A DNA stretch of 54,334 bases, from assembly GCA_016211215.1 (NCBI GenBank), contig JACQSR010000018.1, positions 1 to 54,334 of the forward strand. Reading direction: 5' to 3'. This document shows positions 9,647 to 18,962 of this stretch, piece by piece (within the stretch, counting starts at the first letter, position 1; each line of letters starts with the position of its first letter). Below the pieces are notes generated by a model. The model saw only the letters and a list, made by a program, of their open reading frames with translations, did no database searches and had not been told where the DNA came from. The translations under genes were made by a program, and so were the position numbers. This stretch comes from Candidatus Woesearchaeota archaeon. GTDB lineage: Archaea; Nanobdellota; Nanobdellia; Woesearchaeales; JACQSR01.

Positions 9647-9665
9647 ATTGCCCATCTCCCGACGC

Positions 9666-10370
9666 ATGAAAATAGCCGTAGTGATGCCTGCATACAACGC
9701 AGAGAAGACCCTTGAAAAGACTTACAATGACATTCCAAAGGATGCCGTTGACGATATAATTCTTGTTGATGACTGCAGCATGGACAAGACCGTTGAGATT
9801 GCAAAAAAGCTTCCAATCAAGATTTATGTCCACAAGCAGAACAAGGGCTACGGCGGCAATCAGAAAACCTGCTACGACAAGGCTTTGCAAAGGGGCGCGG
9901 ATATCATAGTTCTTTTGCATCCCGATTACCAGTACGACCCAAAAAAAATTCCTGAAATGGTGGAACCCATAAAGAAGGGAGAGGCAGACATCGTTTACGG
10001 CTCGAGGATGCTGAATTCAGGCGGAGCAAAATCCGGAAACATGCCCTGGTGGAAGAGATTTGGAAACTTCTGGCTCACGTCTTATTTCAACCTCATGCTC
10101 GGCACAAAATTCACGGACATTGCAACCGGCTACATTGCATACAGCAAAAAAGTCCTGGAATCAATACCCTATCATAAGAACTCGGACGGGTTCACATTTG
10201 ATGAAGAGGCAATAATACAGTGCGTTTCAAACGGCTTCAGGACAAGGGAGATTGCGGTGCCAACAAAGTATGAAAAAGACTCATCAACAACATCCTTTTC
10301 GGACTGCGTTTCATACACTTTAAGGCTGTCATACAGGGTTGCAAGGTACAAGCTTACAGGCAAGACATAG
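9666..10370 (+). CDS. Glycosyltransferase family 2 (DPM1-like)
   Basis: MPAYNAE, VDDCSMD, NKGYGGNQK, HPDYQY, GSR. Start moved to 9666. Confidence 0.9.
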   Translation: MKIAVVMPAYNAEKTLEKTYNDIPKDAVDDIILVDDCSMDKTVEIAKKLPIKIYVHKQNKGYGGNQKTCYDKALQRGADIIVLLHPDYQYDPKKIPEMVEPIKKGEADIVYGSRMLNSGGAKSGNMPWWKRFGNFWLTSYFNLMLGTKFTDIATGYIAYSKKVLESIPYHKNSDGFTFDEEAIIQCVSNGFRTREIAVPTKYEKDSSTTSFSDCVSYTLRLSYRVARYKLTGKT

Positions 10371-10401
10371 CTTTTTATAGCGTTAAATACTCTTTATTAC
10401 T

Positions 10402-11874
10402 ATGGCTGATGCACTCTTAATCAATGCCAAGGGATTTAAGCTGATAAACGACCAGACTTTGCCCTTTGGGTTGCTGTATACCGCTGGTTACTCGCTGAAG
10501 GACTTCACCATTAAAATTCTCGACCAAAGGGTTGATGAAGATTTTGAAAAGCACCTTCTTCAGGAGTTAAAGCAGAATCCCATGGTAGTTGGCATTACCT
10601 GCATGACCGGCCCCATGATTCTTGATGCACTTAGGATTTCAAAGGCTGCAAAGGAAAACTCATCCGCAATGGTTGTCTGGGGGGGCATCCATCCAACATT
10701 AGACCCAGAAGTAACATTGGAAAACCCGCTTATAGACGCAGTTGTTTTAGGGGAAGGCGAAATAACATTCAACGAGCTGCTCAAGGCTGTAAGGCACGGA
10801 AAAACATTGGACGGTATCGAGGGAATATGGTTCAAGGATAAAGGCGGAAACATCCGCAAAAATCCCCCCAGAAAAGAAATAACGAACCTTGACACAATTG
10901 AAAGGCCGCCATACGAGCTTCTTGACATTGAGAGGTACATCCAGATAAAGGACTCCCGCGGCTCAACAAGGTCTCTGAACATGTTTACATCGAGAGGATG
11001 CCCGCATAAGTGCATTTACTGCTACAATCTGCATTTCAACAAGGCGTACTGGCGACAGATGAGCACCAACCGTGTTAACCAGGAGCTCAAGTACATTGTA
11101 GACACATATAGGCTGAAGAATGTTTTTTTCCTCGACGACAACTTCATGGTCAACATGAAAAGGGTCAATGACATTGCAGCATTCATCAAGGATGAGTTTT
11201 CAAAGAAAGATTTCACATGGGACATACTTGGCGCCCAGGTGTCTACGCTGAAGAACGTGAGCAGCGAGGAGCTGCAGTTCCTTGATTCAACGCACTGCCA
11301 GTCGATGATGATTGGCATTGAAACAGGCTCCCCAAGGATGATGGAGCTGATACACAAGGGAATTACAGTAGAGCAGGTGATTGAAGTCAACAAAAAGCTT
11401 GCAAGCACAAACATCAGGCCTTACTACTCTTTCATGACCGGATTCCCGACTGAAACAGACGACGACCGGGTTGCCTCAATAAAGCTTATGTTCCAGGTCA
11501 AGAAGGAAAATCCCCACGCAAATGTCGGCACTATGAAGCCCGTAATGATTTACCCCGGAACCGACATCTTCCAGACAGCTCTGCAGCACGGATTTAAGCC
11601 TCCAAAAAAGCTTGAGGACTGGGCCGGCTTTACATGGGACAATTTTGTCAACATTGATTACCCGTGGCTTTCAAGGAAGGAAAAGAAAAGGCTTGTCCAC
11701 ATGTATTATTACACCCTGCTTCTGAACCCGGACCATCTTTACATAAACTCAAGGCTCTTCACATTGGGCTCAAGAATCCTTTATCCGCTTGCAAAGTTCA
11801 GGTTAAACCACCAGATATTTGCGCTGCCAATAGAATCTGAAGCGATTCATTTCGTGCAGAGAAATTTTATGTAG
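10402..11874 (+). CDS. B12-binding domain radical SAM protein
   Basis: WGGIHPT, GEGE, TSRGCPHKCIYC (CxxxCxxC), DDNF, GIETGS, GFPTET. Confidence 0.9.
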   Translation: MADALLINAKGFKLINDQTLPFGLLYTAGYSLKDFTIKILDQRVDEDFEKHLLQELKQNPMVVGITCMTGPMILDALRISKAAKENSSAMVVWGGIHPTLDPEVTLENPLIDAVVLGEGEITFNELLKAVRHGKTLDGIEGIWFKDKGGNIRKNPPRKEITNLDTIERPPYELLDIERYIQIKDSRGSTRSLNMFTSRGCPHKCIYCYNLHFNKAYWRQMSTNRVNQELKYIVDTYRLKNVFFLDDNFMVNMKRVNDIAAFIKDEFSKKDFTWDILGAQVSTLKNVSSEELQFLDSTHCQSMMIGIETGSPRMMELIHKGITVEQVIEVNKKLASTNIRPYYSFMTGFPTETDDDRVASIKLMFQVKKENPHANVGTMKPVMIYPGTDIFQTALQHGFKPPKKLEDWAGFTWDNFVNIDYPWLSRKEKKRLVHMYYYTLLLNPDHLYINSRLFTLGSRILYPLAKFRLNHQIFALPIESEAIHFVQRNFM

Positions 11875-11981
11875 TATAATGACGAACAAAAGTTCTTAAT
11901 ATATAAGTGAGCCATTATATTCGCAGAACATAACCACTTCATGTCAATAACTTATGTTCTGTGTTATATTTACTATTTCTA

Positions 11982-12749
11982 TTAGCTATGATGTATATTT
12001 GGGCAATACGGCAGCAGAACCATTTCAACTTCACTAAAATCTATAGGTTTAGGAAAATAATGTATTACTTTTCCAGTTGCTATCCGAACCCTTTCTGCAA
12101 ATTCTTTTGCCGGCAGTGTCCTGCATTGATTTTGAAGACACTCATTTCTATGCATACAATCTGAATAATGTCCAACATCAAATCTTTCCGGAAATATTAA
12201 TTCACCCACGCAAACATCCAATTCATATATTTTGTCAAGCTCACCACGCTCGCAATGGATTCTGGCATTTTCCACAGAGTGTATCCAGCCACGTTCACCT
12301 TCATCAATCTGAACGCACTTAAAAACCACATCGTCCGAAGGTTTGTATGGCTTCCGAAGTATCTCAACTTCGTCAAGGGGTATGCCGCAGTACTCTTTTG
12401 CTATTAGGTTATACTGAGCCAATTGTGTATTAAGACAATGGAAGGTGTTTATCTCAAGACTAAATCTCAGCCCTACCATTAAAAGCGGGTGGCTGTGCTC
12501 AACCCTGTAAACAATATCGTGGGACAGTTTTTCCCTGCCGCCATGTATATGCGCCCCTTTCATGAGGATGTGGTCTGCAACTCTCTGTTCCAACTTAGAA
12601 GGCAGGCCCAAGACCGCTAATTCCGAATACAACTCTGGCAACATCTTTCTATCTGACTTTTCATCTAACTCGCTATCTAATCTTTTCCTTTCTTTTTCTG
12701 AAATTTTCCTGTATTTTGTTTTTGCCATTAGAGTTAATTCGTCCCGCAC
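11982..12749 (-). CDS. Hypothetical protein
   Basis: 255-aa ORF starting 2 nt after the stop of the upstream ORF. No motif recognised. Confidence 0.6.
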   Translation of the reverse strand: MRDELTLMAKTKYRKISEKERKRLDSELDEKSDRKMLPELYSELAVLGLPSKLEQRVADHILMKGAHIHGGREKLSHDIVYRVEHSHPLLMVGLRFSLEINTFHCLNTQLAQYNLIAKEYCGIPLDEVEILRKPYKPSDDVVFKCVQIDEGERGWIHSVENARIHCERGELDKIYELDVCVGELIFPERFDVGHYSDCMHRNECLQNQCRTLPAKEFAERVRIATGKVIHYFPKPIDFSEVEMVLLPYCPNIHHS

Positions 12750-12751
12750 AC

Positions 12752-13123
12752 TTATACTGCAATCTCCTTCATTGCTTTGTCAATCCTGTCTTCGAGGAGG
12801 CCAAGTTTAGCAAGTTCTCTTTTTACAAGAAATTTTCCCACCCGGTGTCCAACATACATCCCCCCGAGCATACCGGGGAGTTCTGCAAGCAGACCATATA
12901 CCGTCCCTAGTGATATTGCTCTACCTTCATCATTTGAAAGTGCAAAGGCAACCGACCCTGTAACCAACCCTGTAACCAACGCTGCACCAATACCCCCAAG
13001 ACCAAAACCAGCAGTTATACACTTATTATACCTCCCCTTACAATCAGCTATAATTTCTTTATAATGTTCATTGATTTCCTGTTGTGTACTATCCATTTGA
13101 TTCACCATTTGCAAAGGGTACAA
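12752..13123 (-). CDS. Hypothetical Gly-rich two-TM membrane protein
   Basis: Two Gly-rich hydrophobic stretches. Start may be 13108. Confidence 0.6.
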   Translation of the reverse strand: MYPLQMVNQMDSTQQEINEHYKEIIADCKGRYNKCITAGFGLGGIGAALVTGLVTGSVAFALSNDEGRAISLGTVYGLLAELPGMLGGMYVGHRVGKFLVKRELAKLGLLEDRIDKAMKEIAV

Positions 13124-13204
13124 TGTAAGTGTTATAAATTTTCTTCACCCCCTTAGTAGGTGAAACCAGAAAGTTTTAAATAAGGAGAGATGCTATCCAA
13201 CGAA

Positions 13205-13960
13205 ATGAACACCCAAATCCTCGAGGAAATAGGCCTCACAAAGACTGAAATCAAGATATACCTGGCTCTGCTGAAATTAGGCCAGTCAACAACTACCAAC
13301 ATCGTCAGAAAAGCAGAGATTCATGCCTCCAAGGTTTACGAGTTTCTTGACAAGCTCATCCAAAAAGGCCTTGTTTCCTATGTCATAAAATCCAACAAGA
13401 AGTATTTCACCGCATCTGACCCAAGTATCATAAAAGAATTCCTCCACGAGAAAGTAAGCGAGATTAACGAACAGGAAAAGGAAATTGACATGATACTGCC
13501 CCGTTTAGCAGAGATAAGGAGAGAAGCGGAAGAAACCATCCACTCCGAGATATATGAAGGCCTAAGGGGCGTAAAGAGCGTGTATGAGAAGATATTGTCC
13601 ACCTTAAAGAAAGGCGAAACGCAATACATTATCGGCGCACCTAGGATTGCAAATGAACTCGTCGAGGGTTATCTTCTTGAATGGCACAGGAGAAGGATAA
13701 AGAAAGGCATTAGGTGCAAATACATCTATGACAGCAACGCAAGGGATTACGGCAAAGTTCGCGAGAAGATGCAATTTACCCAGGTAAGGTATCTCCCAAA
13801 AGGCAATGTATCCCCTATGTGGATTGAGATATTCAGGGATTACGTTGCCATTAGCCACATCAAGGGAAGAAACGCTGTTTTGTTTCTCATCCACGACAGG
13901 GAAATAGCAAAAGGCTATCTGGATTACTTCGGCTTGATTTGGAATGTGTCGAGGGAGTGA
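13205..13960 (+). CDS. TrmB-family transcriptional regulator
   Basis: LEEIGLTKTEIKIYLALL...VYEFLDKLIQKGLVS, YEGLRG. TTTTAAATA about 23 nt upstream. Confidence 0.85.
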   Translation: MNTQILEEIGLTKTEIKIYLALLKLGQSTTTNIVRKAEIHASKVYEFLDKLIQKGLVSYVIKSNKKYFTASDPSIIKEFLHEKVSEINEQEKEIDMILPRLAEIRREAEETIHSEIYEGLRGVKSVYEKILSTLKKGETQYIIGAPRIANELVEGYLLEWHRRRIKKGIRCKYIYDSNARDYGKVREKMQFTQVRYLPKGNVSPMWIEIFRDYVAISHIKGRNAVLFLIHDREIAKGYLDYFGLIWNVSRE

Positions 13961-13996
13961 TGATTACACTTTCCAATACGAAGATTTAAATATATC

Positions 13997-14013
13997 CTAG
14001 TAATTATTACTAG
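13997..14013. promoter_or_regulatory. Palindromic operator for AbrB-VapC autoregulation
   Basis: CTAGTAAT-T-ATTACTAG lies between TTTAAATA and the antitoxin ATG. Confidence 0.6.
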
Positions 14014-14014
14014 T

Positions 14015-14272
14015 ATGGGTATAGCTAAAGTTACTAGGAATTATCAAGTTACAATTCCCCGGGATATAAGGAGGCTTGAAGACATCAGAATAGGCGATAC
14101 CGTCCTGTTCGCAATAGAGGGAAACAGGATAGACTTCTTAAAATTAGAGAGGAAAAAGATGCTGAAAAGCCTTGCAGGTGCATGGAAAGATAAGATTAAT
14201 GTTTCTGGTGCTGAATATGTTCGTGAATTCAGAAAAGAATGGGGTAAACGCAGCAAAAGGCTGGGATTATGA
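14015..14272 (+). CDS. AbrB/MazE-family antitoxin
   Basis: KVTRNYQVTIPRDIR...GDTV; ATGA overlap with the PIN gene. Confidence 0.85.
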   Translation: MGIAKVTRNYQVTIPRDIRRLEDIRIGDTVLFAIEGNRIDFLKLERKKMLKSLAGAWKDKINVSGAEYVREFRKEWGKRSKRLGL

Positions 14273-14637
14273 AACTCCTCGATACAGATATTTTTATTGA
14301 TTTCTTCAGGGGAGTGCCAGAAGCGGAAGAGTATATTGCGGAAAATATCGATGAGATTGTCTTCTCAGCCATAAGCGAAGCTGAACTTCTATCAGGCAAA
14401 ATATGCAACGACCAAACCGAGCGTGAGAAGGTTTTTCACCTGTTGTCGCAATTTGATAAGATACCTGTCGGCAATCCCTTAGTCCAAATCGCCGGTGATA
14501 TAAGAAGAAACCACAACATAAGTTTGCCTGACGCAATCATAGCCGCATCTGCAGCAGTTAACAGTGCAACTTTAGTAACCAGAAATCTTAAGCACTTTAA
14601 AGGGATAGACAAGCTCAAAGTTGAAGATCCCTACTAG
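14269..14637 (+). CDS. vapC: PIN-domain VapC toxin
   Basis: LLDTDIFID, SEAEL, PDAIIAA, TRNLKHF. Confidence 0.9.
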   Translation: MKLLDTDIFIDFFRGVPEAEEYIAENIDEIVFSAISEAELLSGKICNDQTEREKVFHLLSQFDKIPVGNPLVQIAGDIRRNHNISLPDAIIAASAAVNSATLVTRNLKHFKGIDKLKVEDPY

Positions 14638-15752
14638 GCAATTTCAGGCTTAAATCCCTTAACACCCTCAACCACCTTCCCAACCTCTTCATCAGTCATA
14701 TCCGGATACAATGGCAATGTCAGCAATTTTTTCCACGCTCTTTCAGCAACAGGGCAATCCGCCTTAATTCCCCTGAAGACAGGATGCTTGTACGCAGGAA
14801 GGTAATGTACCCCTGAAGAAATGCCATTTTTCATAAGATGCTGCATCAATTTGTCCCTTTCCCCCGTTTTAATTACATAATTGTGATAGCCACTTTTTGC
14901 ATAATCCTTCACAACTGGAGTTTCAAGCCAGCCAAGATTTTCAAATTCCGCATTGTATCTTTTCCAAATCTTTTCCCTTTTTCCATTTAATTCGCTAATC
15001 CTTTCAAGCTGAACTATTCCGATTGCAGCCAGAATGTCGGGCATCTGGAACTTCCAGCCAACTTCATCTATGGTGTAATTCCATTTGTACTGGTCCTTCC
15101 CGGTTCTGTCCCCGGTTTCCCTGCTGATTCCAAGCCATCGCAGTTTCCTAACCCTGCTTGCATTCTCCCCGTCATTCATCACAACCATCCCGCCATCGCC
15201 AGTTGCCAGATTCTTCACAGCCTGAAATGAAAAGCACCCAAAATCGCCAATGCTCCCGAGCATTTTATTTTTGTACTTTCCGCCTGTTGCATGGGCGCAG
15301 TCCTCAATCACAGCCAGCTTATGCTCTTTTGCAATCTGCATTATCTCGTCCATCCTGCACGCATGGCCCCCGTAATGCACAGGAATAATTGCTTTTGTCC
15401 TTGAAGTTATTTTCCTCCTTATGTCATCCGGATTAATGTTCAGCGTATCTTCCTCCACATCGGCAAATACAACCCTGCAGTCATTGTATAACGCAGCATA
15501 TGCCGTGGATATAAACGTAACCGGTGTTGTTATAATTTCAGAGCCTTTTGGAAAGTCGCAGACCTTCACCGCAAGATGCAACCCGGCAGTGCAGCTGTTC
15601 AATGCAACCGCATTTTTAGTTCCAATGAACCTTGCAAATTTTTCCTCAAACTCTGCCGCTTTGGGCCCCGCACCCCACCAGCCGCTCTCAAGAACGGATT
15701 TTACCGATTCAATCTCCCTATTGCTTACGCTCGGCTTGAATACAGGAATCAT
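14634..15752 (-). CDS. DegT/DnrJ/EryC1/StrS PLP-dependent sugar aminotransferase
   Basis: NSCTAGLH, PVHYGG, EDCAHA, SFQAVKNLATGDGG, LPLYP. Confidence 0.93.
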   Translation of the reverse strand: MIPVFKPSVSNREIESVKSVLESGWWGAGPKAAEFEEKFARFIGTKNAVALNSCTAGLHLAVKVCDFPKGSEIITTPVTFISTAYAALYNDCRVVFADVEEDTLNINPDDIRRKITSRTKAIIPVHYGGHACRMDEIMQIAKEHKLAVIEDCAHATGGKYKNKMLGSIGDFGCFSFQAVKNLATGDGGMVVMNDGENASRVRKLRWLGISRETGDRTGKDQYKWNYTIDEVGWKFQMPDILAAIGIVQLERISELNGKREKIWKRYNAEFENLGWLETPVVKDYAKSGYHNYVIKTGERDKLMQHLMKNGISSGVHYLPAYKHPVFRGIKADCPVAERAWKKLLTLPLYPDMTDEEVGKVVEGVKGFKPEIA

Positions 15753-15823
15753 GCCAGAAAGCAATTTAGCGATGTTTTTAAATGTATAGGCAGGGATGTT
15801 AATAAATGATGCTCAGCAGAAGC

Positions 15824-16540
15824 CTAGGCTTTTTTGCTTGCCATGAACTTGGACGCAGTATGCAGCGCATCAAACGTTCCGGCATCAATCCAGAACCCTT
15901 CAAATATCTCGTACTCTAAATCATTATTGTCAACATAGTGCTGAAGAACTTCTGTAATCTCCAGCTCTGCACGCTTTGACGGCTTCAGTTTTGGGATAAT
16001 GCCAAAAGCCTTCTTGTCGAGCAGGTAAATCCCGCATATTGCAAGGTCGCTTTTCGGCTCTGCTGGCTTCTCCTGCATTCCAACAACCTTTCCATTTCTG
16101 ACTTCCGCAAGGCCGTACCTATGCGGGTCATCCACTTTCTTAAGCAGTATCTTTGCCCCTGCCCCGCTTTTACCAAAGCTTTCAACATATCCCCTTATGC
16201 TGCCATCCATTATATTGTCTCCCAGAATGGCAACAAACTTGTCGTCTCCAATAAAGTCCTTTGCAAGCGACAGCGCAACCGGAATTCCCCCTGAACCATC
16301 CTGAACCTTATACGTCAGATTAACATCATACTGCCTTCCGGAGCCAAGCAGTTTCAGGAAATCAGATATGTTCTCCCCGCCGGAAACCACAAGAATGTCC
16401 TTAATCCCGGCCTCCCTCAGCAGTTCAAGAGGGTAAAATATCATCGGCTTGTTGTAAACCGGCAACAAATGCTTGTTCGTAACACTGGTCAGGGGATACA
16501 GCCTCGAACCAGTCCCACCTGCAAGTATTACGCCTTTCAT
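15824..16540 (-). CDS. rfbA: Glucose-1-phosphate thymidylyltransferase (short form)
   Basis: GVILAGGTGSRLYP, KHLLPVYNKPMI, LGDN, EKP, ELEIT, WIDAGT. Start moved to 16540. Confidence 0.9.
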   Translation of the reverse strand: MKGVILAGGTGSRLYPLTSVTNKHLLPVYNKPMIFYPLELLREAGIKDILVVSGGENISDFLKLLGSGRQYDVNLTYKVQDGSGGIPVALSLAKDFIGDDKFVAILGDNIMDGSIRGYVESFGKSGAGAKILLKKVDDPHRYGLAEVRNGKVVGMQEKPAEPKSDLAICGIYLLDKKAFGIIPKLKPSKRAELEITEVLQHYVDNNDLEYEIFEGFWIDAGTFDALHTASKFMASKKA

Positions 16541-16545
16541 TCTTA

Positions 16546-17025
16546 TTACAAGCCCCTCGCAACTATAAACTCCGCAATTTTGCACACTTTGTATGCTTCT
16601 TCGCGATAGAATACATCCGCAACCTTCCTGCTTTCTGTATTCTTTGGCACACGACCATAAATCAACATTGCTGCTTCGTGTACTGTTTCCGCAAGACTCC
16701 TTTCTTCATTAACTCTTTTTTCAACAAACATAGTAGCGATATCCACAGTATCAACTTTATACCCAGAAATATCCTCACAAAGAGTCCTGAAATCCGGCAA
16801 TATACCATCTTCTAACCAGCCCTTCACCTTTTCATAGGGTATTTTTTTTAATATACCTATAGCTTCCCTAAGAGCCGGCAAACTCTCAATTTCGCTTTTG
16901 GTTAGACACATTTCCCAATCTGTTGCACTTGAACCTTCTCCCTCAACTAAATCCTTGTAGCGCCACCCAAACACGGCTGCGGCACTCCCAAACATCGATA
17001 CCAAATCTTCCTTAGATGCATTCAT
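16546..17025 (-). CDS. Hypothetical protein
   Basis: About 160-aa ORF ending 5 nt before the rfbA start. No motif recognised. Confidence 0.55.
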   Translation of the reverse strand: MNASKEDLVSMFGSAAAVFGWRYKDLVEGEGSSATDWEMCLTKSEIESLPALREAIGILKKIPYEKVKGWLEDGILPDFRTLCEDISGYKVDTVDIATMFVEKRVNEERSLAETVHEAAMLIYGRVPKNTESRKVADVFYREEAYKVCKIAEFIVARGL

Positions 17026-17067
17026 TATTATCGCCCCCAATATCTGATTAGGAACTGAAAAACGTTA

Positions 17068-17218
17068 TTAAAGCTTTTGTTTCCCTTTCCTGCTAAAGAA
17101 GTACATTAAAAGAAGGGCTAAAATTGTCCCAATTGTTATCCATTTTCCAGTCTCGAAAGAATCAGGCTCATACCCCAAAACAAGCTCCTTCTCGCCGTCA
17201 ACCCATATTGCGCTGTTT
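17068..17218 (-). pseudogene. Displaced 3' end of a yfhO-like gene
   Basis: Reads NSAIWVDGEKELVLGYEPDSFETGKWITIGTILALLLMYFFSRKGKQKL* with no start codon. The first 93 bp are identical to 20619-20711. Confidence 0.85.
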
Positions 17219-17300
17219 TTCCCCTTAGCGCAATAAAAATGTTTAAATACACCTAGTGCACCCTATCCGAGATAAGGCCAAGTTACTCAAACATGATTTT

Positions 17301-18683
17301 ATGAAAGTATGCTTCGTCACGCCTAAAACAACTGAAAGGAGGAGTGAGATACAGTATATACAGTTAGGAATAGCTTACCTCGGTTCCATCTTACTAAAAA
17401 ACAACCACGAAGTCAAGGTTATAGACGGCAGGATCAATAGCTATTCTGACCAAGAGATTCTAAGAACGGCCGGGGACTGGAGGCCAGAGTTGATTGCGGT
17501 AAGTTCAACCTCCAGCCAGATCAATGAAAGCCTGAGAATCCTGAAAATAATAAAAGAGGAGTACCCTGAAATAAAGAATGTACTGGGTGGAGCACATTTC
17601 TCTGGCGTCCCAGCGGAAATGATGGAACAAAACCGGTTTATAGACTTCGGCGTGGTTGGAGAAGGTGAGTACACCATATTGGAAATAGCAAACGGCAAGG
17701 ATGTTTCAGATATAGACGGGCTTGTTTACAGAAAGGAAGGCAACATCACCTTAAACAAAAAAAGAGAATACGAAAGAGACCTTGACAAGTTCCCTTTTCC
17801 AGCACGGCAGCTCTTTGATATGAAAAAGTATTACGGCAATGCGCTTGAGGTCAAGGAAAAGCCAATGGCGACTATCATAACCTCGAGGGGGTGCCCCTAT
17901 GGATGCGTATTTTGCTGTAAAGCGTCGTTTGGTCCCTTCTTCAGGTCAAGAAGCCCCAAGAATGTTCTCGATGAGATGCAGCAACTCGTTAACGAGGGGT
18001 ACAGGGAGATACACATAGTTGATGATAACTTCTCCATGGATATGAAGAGGGCAGAAGAGATATTCGACGGAGTGATAAACAATGGATGGAACCTGAAGTT
18101 TGCTTTTCCAAATGGGTTAAGGGCTGATAGGCTCGATAGGGGGTTGTTAACCAAGATGAAGAAAGCCGGAGTCTATTTTATGTCAATCGGGGTAGAATCC
18201 GGAGACCCTAAAGTGCTAAAAGCCATTAATAAGGGGGTAACATTGGAAAGGATACAGGAGACAGTAAAGATAGCCAGGGAACTGGGAATATTTGTAAACT
18301 TATTTCTTGTCGCCGGATTGCCTGAATCTACAAGAGAATCAGAGAGAATGACGCTTGATTTTGCATTAAAGATTGACCCTGACCAGGCAAGCCTAGGCGT
18401 TGTTACCCCATATCCCGGAAGCAAGCTTTATGATGAATTGTTTGCAAAAGGTTTGATAGATCATGACTGGGGAAAGTACAGGCACGATTTTGCCGGTAAG
18501 AGGCTGCTTTATAAGTCAGAGATGACGGAAGAAGAGGTTGTTGAAGCATGGAATACTTTCACAAAAAAATTTTACCTAAGGCCAAGTTATCCTCTTAAGA
18601 TGATAATAAGGCATAAGGCTTTTGGAACGAAAAAGCTCTATGTTATGTTAAGGAGCTTAATCACCCGGAAATTAGGGGGATAA
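17301..18683 (+). CDS. B12-binding domain radical SAM protein
   Basis: LGIAYLGS, LGGAHFS, GEGE, TSRGCPYGCVFC, DDNF, GVESG, PYPGS. Start moved to 17301. Confidence 0.9.
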   Translation: MKVCFVTPKTTERRSEIQYIQLGIAYLGSILLKNNHEVKVIDGRINSYSDQEILRTAGDWRPELIAVSSTSSQINESLRILKIIKEEYPEIKNVLGGAHFSGVPAEMMEQNRFIDFGVVGEGEYTILEIANGKDVSDIDGLVYRKEGNITLNKKREYERDLDKFPFPARQLFDMKKYYGNALEVKEKPMATIITSRGCPYGCVFCCKASFGPFFRSRSPKNVLDEMQQLVNEGYREIHIVDDNFSMDMKRAEEIFDGVINNGWNLKFAFPNGLRADRLDRGLLTKMKKAGVYFMSIGVESGDPKVLKAINKGVTLERIQETVKIARELGIFVNLFLVAGLPESTRESERMTLDFALKIDPDQASLGVVTPYPGSKLYDELFAKGLIDHDWGKYRHDFAGKRLLYKSEMTEEEVVEAWNTFTKKFYLRPSYPLKMIIRHKAFGTKKLYVMLRSLITRKLGG

Positions 18684-18740
18684 ACTGTAGGAAATAACAT
18701 TAATTTTCGGATAACATCGCAATTTGCTGTTAGCCTACCC

Positions 18741-18855
18741 AACCGAAGGGAGAGCGCAGCGTGGTCGTAGTGAGCGAAACGGAGAAGTTTTTACACCGCC
18801 TCTACTTATAGCAAAGTGCATAAATTTTGGAACTTTATTACTGCACTTTGCTATA
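18741..18855. repeat. Structured intergenic element (REP/MITE-like)
   Basis: 14-bp inverted repeat TATAGCAAAGTGCA (18807-18820) / TGCACTTTGCTATA (18842-18855). ACCGAAGGGAG is shared with the 41966-42034 element. Confidence 0.5.
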
Positions 18856-18962
18856 CTAGCAGAGCGCACAAATGTTTCGTTATTAATGCGATCTGCTATT
18901 AGGTGCCGCTGTAGTTTTTCTCTTACTTTTAATTATCACTTATCAGCTTTAGCAGAGTAGAA

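Noticed and set aside
9157-9816. Long overlapping N-terminal extensions of rfbC (to 9816) and GT2 (from 9483)
   Set aside because: Family motifs begin at 9615 and 9666, and a TATA box sits between those starts.
18724-18960. 78-aa ORF in the track
   Set aside because: It overlies the inverted-repeat element, starts at TTG and has no protein-like motif. Probably non-coding.
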